From Octopus vulgaris (taxonomy: Eukaryota): a DNA stretch of 64,000 nucleotides. Under the pieces are notes generated by a model. The model was not told the DNA's origin. It was given only the letters and a program-made list of their open reading frames with translations, and did no database searches. Shown piece after piece: positions 56,669-64,000 of the stretch. The DNA is taken from NCBI GenBank assembly GCA_951406725.2, contig OX597840.1:4836001-4900000 (forward strand), read 5' to 3'. Each line of letters opens with the position of its first letter. Positions within the stretch are counted from its first letter, which is position 1. Made by a program: the position numbers and the translations under genes.

Positions 56669-56802
56669 ATATATGATATATGTATATAACTCATGCATAT
56701 ATACATACGTATATGTACATACTTACATCTATACGTATATATATATATATATTTCCATATAGGCATATATCAGTGAGTGTGTATATGTGTGTTTGTCTGT
56801 AG

Positions 56803-56840
<38 letters not shown>

Positions 56841-56913
56841 GGACAACAAACGCCGAGGCATAACAAGCATCTCAAGTCATATACATCATTTTATATTATT
56901 CTTAAATTAGATG

Positions 56914-56995
56914 AGGCCTTACAGCTGTTTCTGGGATATCTCAAGTGATAGGCGAGTATGCCTGAATATGGAGGTATTCCGTCATCAGATACAGG
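56914..56995 (-). ncRNA. Degenerate hammerhead motif
   Basis: Minus strand: CTGATGA-cggaatacctc..gagatatccca-GAAA-cagctg-TA. Stems I and II partly mismatched. Confidence 0.5.
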
Positions 56996-57139
56996 TAGAG
57001 ACAAGTCTAGACATGGAAATATTCAGATAGTAAGCAATGAAACTGAAGAGTATAGAGCGAGGAAATAAGGAAATTCTCTTAGTTTCTACTCTTTTATTTC
57101 ATACTGCAAATGATCACAATATCTAGGACTATAAAAATA

Positions 57140-57223
<84 letters not shown>

Positions 57224-57394
57224 GTGTGTGTGTGTGTGTATGCGATTGTGTGTGTCTATCTTCGCATGTGTGTCTCTGGGTCTCTGTACGTATCTATATG
57301 CATCAATGTGTATGTGTGTATATGTATATATGTGTAAATGCGGATGTGTACTTACATGTATGTGTTTTTGTATATATGTATATCTATATCTATA

Positions 57395-57468
<74 letters not shown>

Positions 57469-57552
57469 AATATGAATGATAAAAGGGATGTTATATATGT
57501 ATATGTATGTGTGTGTATGCATGTATACATATACTTATGCGTATGTCTGTGT

Positions 57553-57610
<58 letters not shown>

Positions 57611-57917
57611 GTGTGTGTGTGTCTGTCTGTCTGTCCATCTGTCTGTCCGTCTGTATGTATATGCAGAACATGAAACTACTTGTCTAAGTATTAATCTTCC
57701 TTTCTCCTTCTACTTCCTTTTGCCTCTATCCAATCATGTCAGCGAAAGCTGATTAGGACATTTTATCTAAACTGGAACGCAAGATTTCCGCGTTCTTACT
57801 TGAACTTTTTTTTGCCTTTCCTTAATACTATTTGCTTTTATTCATTCTCTAACGTTATTGACAAATAACAGCAATCCAGCCGACACTAAAAATCTTTAGT
57901 GAGACACCTTTATCAAT

Positions 57918-57962
57918 GTACCTGAAGAGACCCAGACCGATGGGTCGAAACATATGTTGTAT
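57918..57962 (+). ncRNA. Type I minimal hammerhead ribozyme motif
   Basis: gtac-CTGAAGA-gaccca(gaccga)tgggtc-GAAA-catatg-TT-gtat. Confidence 0.8.
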
Positions 57963-57973
57963 CTAATAAAAGT

Positions 57974-58362
57974 TAGTGGAGGCGCAATGGCCCAGTGGTT
58001 AGGGCAGCGGACTCGCGGTCATAAGATCGCTGTTTCGATTCCCAGACCGGGCGTTGTGAGTGTTTATTGAGCGAAAACACCTTAAAGCTCCACGAGGCTC
58101 CGGCAGGGGATGGTGGCGATCCCTGCTGTACTCTTTTCACTACAACTTTCTCTCACTCTTACTTCCTGTTTCTGTTGTACCTGTATTTCAAGGGGCCGGC
58201 CTTGTCACTCTCTGTGTCACGCTGAATATCCCCGAGAACTACGTTAAGGGTACACGTGTCTGTGGAGTACTCAGCCACTTACACGTTAATTTCACGAGCA
58301 GGCTGTTCCGTTGATTCGGATCAACCGGAACCCTCATCGTCGTAACCGACGGAGTGCTTCCA
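57974..58362 (+). mobile_element. tRNA-derived SINE family S3 (Arg-tRNA-like head)
   Basis: A box tggcccagtgg, B box gtttcgattcc; 13-bp TSD atctaataaaagt (57961-57973 / 58363-58375). Confidence 0.88.
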
Positions 58363-58719
58363 ATCTAATAAAAGTCTAATACGAAATCCATCTCCCTTTA
58401 TTATTTGATACTATTACCCTAATTTCCACTGCATAGTTCCTGAAGTAGATCCAACAGAAGTGTACCACAACTATGGATGACAACAGGTAGCCAAAACTAT
58501 GCCGGTGCTCTGCTCAACATTCAAACACATTAATTGATTATTTGTCTAAATTATATTGAATTTACTGCTGAGTAATGAGAATCTGGTAAACAAGCATAAT
58601 GAGAAAATTCCAGGGTATAACCACCGCGCCAAATATGCATTTTCAAGATAGAAAATTGTATAATAATTATAATAATTACTATTCTATCTAACTAACTACA
58701 TCCATCCTTTCCGTCTCAA

Positions 58720-58759
<40 letters not shown>

Positions 58760-58762
<3 letters not shown>

Positions 58763-59040
58763 ACTTACAATTTAAATGTTACTAGGAAAAATATCTGGTT
58801 TGTAATCCCATTTGGAAAACAAATTAGATCGAACCTTCCTATGCAGTTCCGTGAAGCGGTTGCTAGGAACTTTCCAAAAAATTCTAGAAATTATTCGATC
58901 ATTAATTCTCATATAGTTAGAGTCGCCTTCTCTAACACAAAGAATCTTTCACAAATTATATCTTCTCACAATACCAATCTGCTAAATAAAGGTTCTTTAT
59001 CTGGGAGTTCCAACATTAATCTCGTTAATTCCAGCCCATC

Positions 59041-59117
<77 letters not shown>

Positions 59118-59141
59118 GTATTAATAATAGTATTAATAATG

Positions 59142-59207
<66 letters not shown>

Positions 59208-59208
59208 C

Positions 59209-59285
<77 letters not shown>

Positions 59286-60138
59286 TTAATAGTATTAACA
59301 ATAATAATAATGATAGCAATAAAAACTTGGTTTTGATCTCTGAGGACAATACCAACAGAATTAAATTTAAGTCTAATAATTCTAATCAAGAATTCTATAT
59401 ACCAGTTGCGGTACTGATGTCTACTTCTACATAAGCGCATCCTCTTCCCAGTTATTTAAGAGAATTTCAAATCATTATTCATCATTTAGGGATAGCAGAA
59501 AACGCCATAGTACAGGGCTAAGTAAATTGGTTTGGCATCTTTTAAGACAGCAATAAACATTTTAAGTTAGATTGGTTCATCCTGTCCGTATCTTTTCCTT
59601 GCGATAAGGGCAAGAAATTTTGTAACATTTGCAACTCTGAACTCTTCCATATTCTCTTCTCTAAGAATCACCTTGTTAACACACTTATAGAATGATCGTA
59701 CAAATGTAAACACTGGCAGAAACATACCTTTAACTCATATAAGTGATTTTTACCAGTCTTTATAGTTTGAACATTTAGTTTAACTTGCACTTTACTTCAA
59801 TAGAGAAATCTACTTTTAAGCCTATGAACCTTTTTTCAACAAACGTATCCCTCTTTATTAGTTCTCTACTTATTATTTCTTTAACCCTTCTCTTCCTAGT
59901 ATCTGCCTTTGACGTCAAATCTACTAACGGTTTTTTAAAAAATACTTAATAACGTTCTGTTTATCATTTAGGCAGTCATCATAATTGTTATAATGTCTTG
60001 TTGAGAGAGGCTCTCTCTCTTTCTTTCCTGATGAGAAGATTGCATTTTACACCGTTTATTCCTTTGGAATAAAACCATGTTGTCTTCGAAACATATGTCG
60101 AAAGTAAAAGAATTTTAATAACATCTTCGCTCAACTCC

Positions 60139-60140
<2 letters not shown>
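58760..60140 (+). mobile_element. Penelope-like element 3' half (linker + GIY-YIG endonuclease + 3' pseudo-LTR with hammerhead)
   Basis: RKNIWFVIPFGK..NFPKNS..VRVAFSNTKNLSQIISSHN; then KRISNHYSSFRD..STGLSKLVWHL..W..CNICNSE..KCKH; hammerhead at 60023-60104. Confidence 0.82.
60023..60104 (+). ncRNA. Type I minimal hammerhead ribozyme motif (canonical core)
   Basis: ctttc-CTGATGA-gaaga..tcttc-GAAA-catatg-TC-gaaag: 5-bp stem I, stem II, palindromic stem III (acatatgt), GUC cleavage triplet. Confidence 0.85.
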
Positions 60141-60191
<51 letters not shown>

Positions 60192-60216
60192 TATACATAT
60201 TTATATATATATATAC

Positions 60217-60248
<32 letters not shown>

Positions 60249-60346
60249 GTATGTATGTATATCTATATCTATATATCTATGTCTATATCTATCTATCTAT
60301 AATACAATAAAATGGTGATTGTTTGAAATATAAATTTAAAATTATA

Positions 60347-60382
<36 letters not shown>

Positions 60383-60409
60383 CACACATATATATATATG
60401 TTATACATA

Positions 60410-61199
60410 CATATGTTATTGCGCTGAATATTCCAAATTCGTATAGCAATCCGTTTGAGGTCAATGGAGTCGATTGCAAAGATGATGTTAAGGAGGAATT
60501 AATAGAATTACAAAATGACAATGACGCCACAATGCGATATCGCCGTAAACAGCAAAGAAGGTTTGTGGTACCATCAGAGTATACTGAACTCCTACCCCAA
60601 TCTGTGGAAACACCTGAAATTACTTTTGCCTGCCTTCCCTACCTCATACCTGGTTGAATCTGGTTTTAACCACGCTGGAACTTTATTTTCCCACAAAAGA
60701 ATTGGACTGGATATGATACAACGAAGAGACTTGCGGCTAAAGTCGACAAGTTTGAAACCGAATGTATCTGCACTAGCTGCATCGCACCAGACACAAAAAG
60801 TTTTATTCTTTTCCATCATTAATTATTTTTGCATCGGTAGTTCTGATCAATGGTTTATTTGGGGAAAATGAAAATCAGCGTAAAAGAAAGCGCAAGTTTA
60901 CCGAAGTTAATCTGTCTGCATAATATAGAGTTAACGTTAGAATTTTATTGACACTAATGGCAAAACTAAACCCACAATAAGGGATTTATAAATAACCGCA
61001 TATTTAGTCCAAACGGCACTAACAGGGAAACAAGCCTACGATATAGTGTGTGCGTCAAATGATACAGGGTGGTCCTAGGGGATTTTGTGTTGGGTGAGGT
61101 TCTGTCAGGGTTTTTTTTACACAGGTAGACGATGGAGCATTTTTTTGGGTGATAGTCGGGAGATATTGCAATTTGGCGCGAAAAGTTTGGGAAACACTG
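60410..61199 (+). mobile_element. hAT (Buster/Charlie-type) transposon 3' remnant
   Basis: NPF..EELIELQND..W..YPNLW..FPTSYLVESGF..KR..L..DLRL dimerisation domain; terminal ttgggaaacactg (reverse of CAGTGTTTCCCAA) ends at 61199. Confidence 0.8.
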
Positions 61200-61585
61200 C
61201 ATTCACACATACATACATACATACATACATGCATACATACATGCATGCATGCATACATACATACATACATACACACATACATACATACATACATAAATAT
61301 ATACATACATACGTACGTACATACATACATACATACATACGTACATACATACATACGTACATACATACATACATTCGTACGTACATACATACATACATAC
61401 ATACATACATACATACATACGTACATACATACATACATACATACATACGTACATACGTACGTACGTACATACGTACGTACGTACATACATACATACATAC
61501 ATACATACATACAAACATACATACATGCATACATACATACATACATACATACATACATACATACGTACGTACGTACGTACGTACA

Positions 61586-61619
<34 letters not shown>

Positions 61620-62499
61620 CGCACGTATATACATACATACATACATACATACATACATACATACATACATACAAATACATGCGAACATGCACACACATAC
61701 ACACACGCACACACACTCACACATACACATACACATATAGTGTGACTGTGTGGTAGGAATGTTTTTACCCAGCTACATGGTTCCGGATTCAGTCCCATTA
61801 TGTGGACTTTTGGGAAAGTGTCTTTTACTATAGCCACGAGCCGACCAAAGCCTTGTGAATGGATTTGGCAGACGAAAACTGAAAGACACCCATCGTGTAT
61901 GTATTTATATAAAGGGCATTTTCTGTCTGTCTGTCATCATCTTACTGCCTAATCCAGCGAACCAATCTTCACGGAAGCTTACATATATGTTAAACTAGCT
62001 TCCATTTCGATAATAGGCGAATTGGATTGAGGGAATGTACTAGCAGAAGTGAGTGTAATTGATATCAGGGAAGGGGAGTACAGTGCTCTGTAAGCGAAAA
62101 ATATGGAGTGGCAATGGGATGTTAACGTTAATACAGCTTTCATATACACACGACAATGCATACATACTTACGTCAAAATTTTCAAATTTTGTATATTGAA
62201 ATAATTTTCCACATTAAATCCGATTTTGTCATTTATTTGTTACAAAAAAATTGCAGAAAAATGTTACTGAGGTTTAAAGTTTAATCAATTTTCTCTAATC
62301 AGAAAATAGGATTTGGAAGCTGGCATTTTCTGCATGATAGTTGTCTATCACAAAATGAAAGCAGAATCATTAGGACGATGAATTTTAATTTAACAAACGA
62401 AAGCAAAGCATTACGACGATCTAAGTTGTAAGAACTTCTGAAGTTTTAATAAGTTTTAATAAACAAAGTCATGTGAAACGGTCGAACAAACATGTAAAT

Positions 62500-64000
62500 A
62501 ATTTCAAGGGGAAAGAAATCCTCAACGAAGTTTTTTGCGAAAAATTGCACAAATCTGTCCTCTCTGGCCTATCTGTCAGGGAAGGCTACAAATCGTTAGA
62601 GATTTAGCTACAGATATAGAACCGAGCCAATCGTCCCTAGAAAACGCTTAAGGACCATAAACCTAACTTTCTTATTGACCCCTCAGTTAGATTGATTTGT
62701 CCTTTTAAATCCGATATAAGCATAATTAATAAAAAAATATCATTGCTAGGGTAATAGCCGCCGCCCTTAAGTCTAAAATTAGGTTAACCCTCTTATCCGA
62801 TATCCATGAGGTGGTTGGATAGTTTATGCTTTTAGAAATTAGTAAGGATAGTAAATTCCTGCAACTAGATATAGAGAGCTACCATGTCACTATTAACCCG
62901 ATCGTACTTAATCAAGCCCTGATTTATAGCATGAGAAATTCAAATTTGTCCCGACGTGAATTAGCTATTATACTTGCCGCGCGAGCTACTTTAGTAGATT
63001 TTGATGGTAGATTATAGAGAAGATTAGATAGGGAGAATGCTTTTGATATATCAATGGGGTCATATGACTCTGCACAGGTCACAAACCTAGTCGGAGTATA
63101 TGTCCAGTCTTCTTTTCCGGAAGTAACAGGGGTCTATTTAGGGATGACGCCTTATTTTTTCCGGACAGTAATAACAAAGTACAATAAGAAAGGCATAAGA
63201 AAAATTTCTTTCGATTTTTAAAAAATTTAGGACTAGGAGTGGCTGTGTGGTAAGTAGCTTGCTTACCGACCACATAGTTCCGGGTTCAGTCCCACTGCGT
63301 GGCACCCACTTTGGGCAAGTCTCTACTACTATAACCTCGGGCCGACCAAAGCCTTGTGAGGGGATTTGGTAGACGGAAACTGAAAGAAGCCTGTCGTATA
63401 TATGTATAGGTATACAGAGATAGATGTATGTGTGTGTATATGTTTGTTTTCCTGTGTTCGCCCACCCAACATCACTTGACAACCGATGCTGGTGTGTTTA
63501 CCTCCCCGCAACTTAGCGGTTCGGCAAAAGAGACCGATAGAATAAGTACTAGGCTTACAAAGAATAAGTCCTGGGGTCGATTTGCTCGACTAAAGGCGGT
63601 GCTCCAGCATGGCCACTGTAAAATGACTGAAAAATTAAAAGAGTAAACATTAGTATGGGAAAGTGTTATCAAAGAGTGAATTTTCTTTGCGTTTCCTTCT
63701 GTCTTGATACTGGATTACTTGAACCATTTCATAAGCCAAATGATTATCTTAAGTACATAAATGTAGAATCCAACCAGCCTGATAATATAGGGATTAGTTG
63801 AGAATAGATTATCCGCTAATAATAAATTTTTCGAATCACATGCAACTTTTTATAATGCTGTTCTAGGTAGGGTTAGGTACCGTGAAAAAATTCAATACAT
63901 ACAAGAAGCAGGCATACCCAACACTAGTAATTTCTCCAATTGTAATACACATTGTACACTATCACAATGTCACGGTTTGAGAACTCACTCAGAATACAGG
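62500..64000 (+). mobile_element. Degenerate Penelope-like reverse transcriptase remnant
   Basis: TLKDHKPNF..VRLICP.KSDI..FLQLDIESY..FDISMGSYDSAQVTNLVG..GLFRDD..YINVESN. Interrupted by SINE S1. Confidence 0.8.
63235..63645 (+). mobile_element. SINE family S1 nested in a Penelope RT remnant
   Basis: Near full-length S1 interrupting RT-like coding sequence. Confidence 0.85.

Overview
Eukaryotic, AT-rich, extremely microsatellite-dense DNA. The repeat repertoire and gene structure fit an octopus (coleoid cephalopod) genome; this is an inference. The only host gene I can support is the 3' part of an HGSNAT orthologue (heparan-alpha-glucosaminide N-acetyltransferase): six + strand coding exons from 3883 to the stop at 42892, with clean AG/GT sites and consistent phases. 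Nearly all other ORFs in the track are simple-repeat artefacts. Introns and downstream DNA are packed with mobile DNA: (1) at least four R4/Dong-type RLE non-LTR retrotransposon families plus a ~540-bp non-coding partner, nearly all inserted strand-specifically in (AAT)n; (2) a Tx1/L1-like LINE found twice at (TATC)n, whose 3' tail is shared with a tRNA-derived SINE; (3) Penelope-like remnants with about a dozen minimal type I hammerhead-ribozyme motifs, several at the axis of fold-back palindromes and one pair in tandem direct repeats; (4) modular tRNA-SINEs, Helitrons, and piggyBac, mariner, hAT, RTE and MITE remnants.
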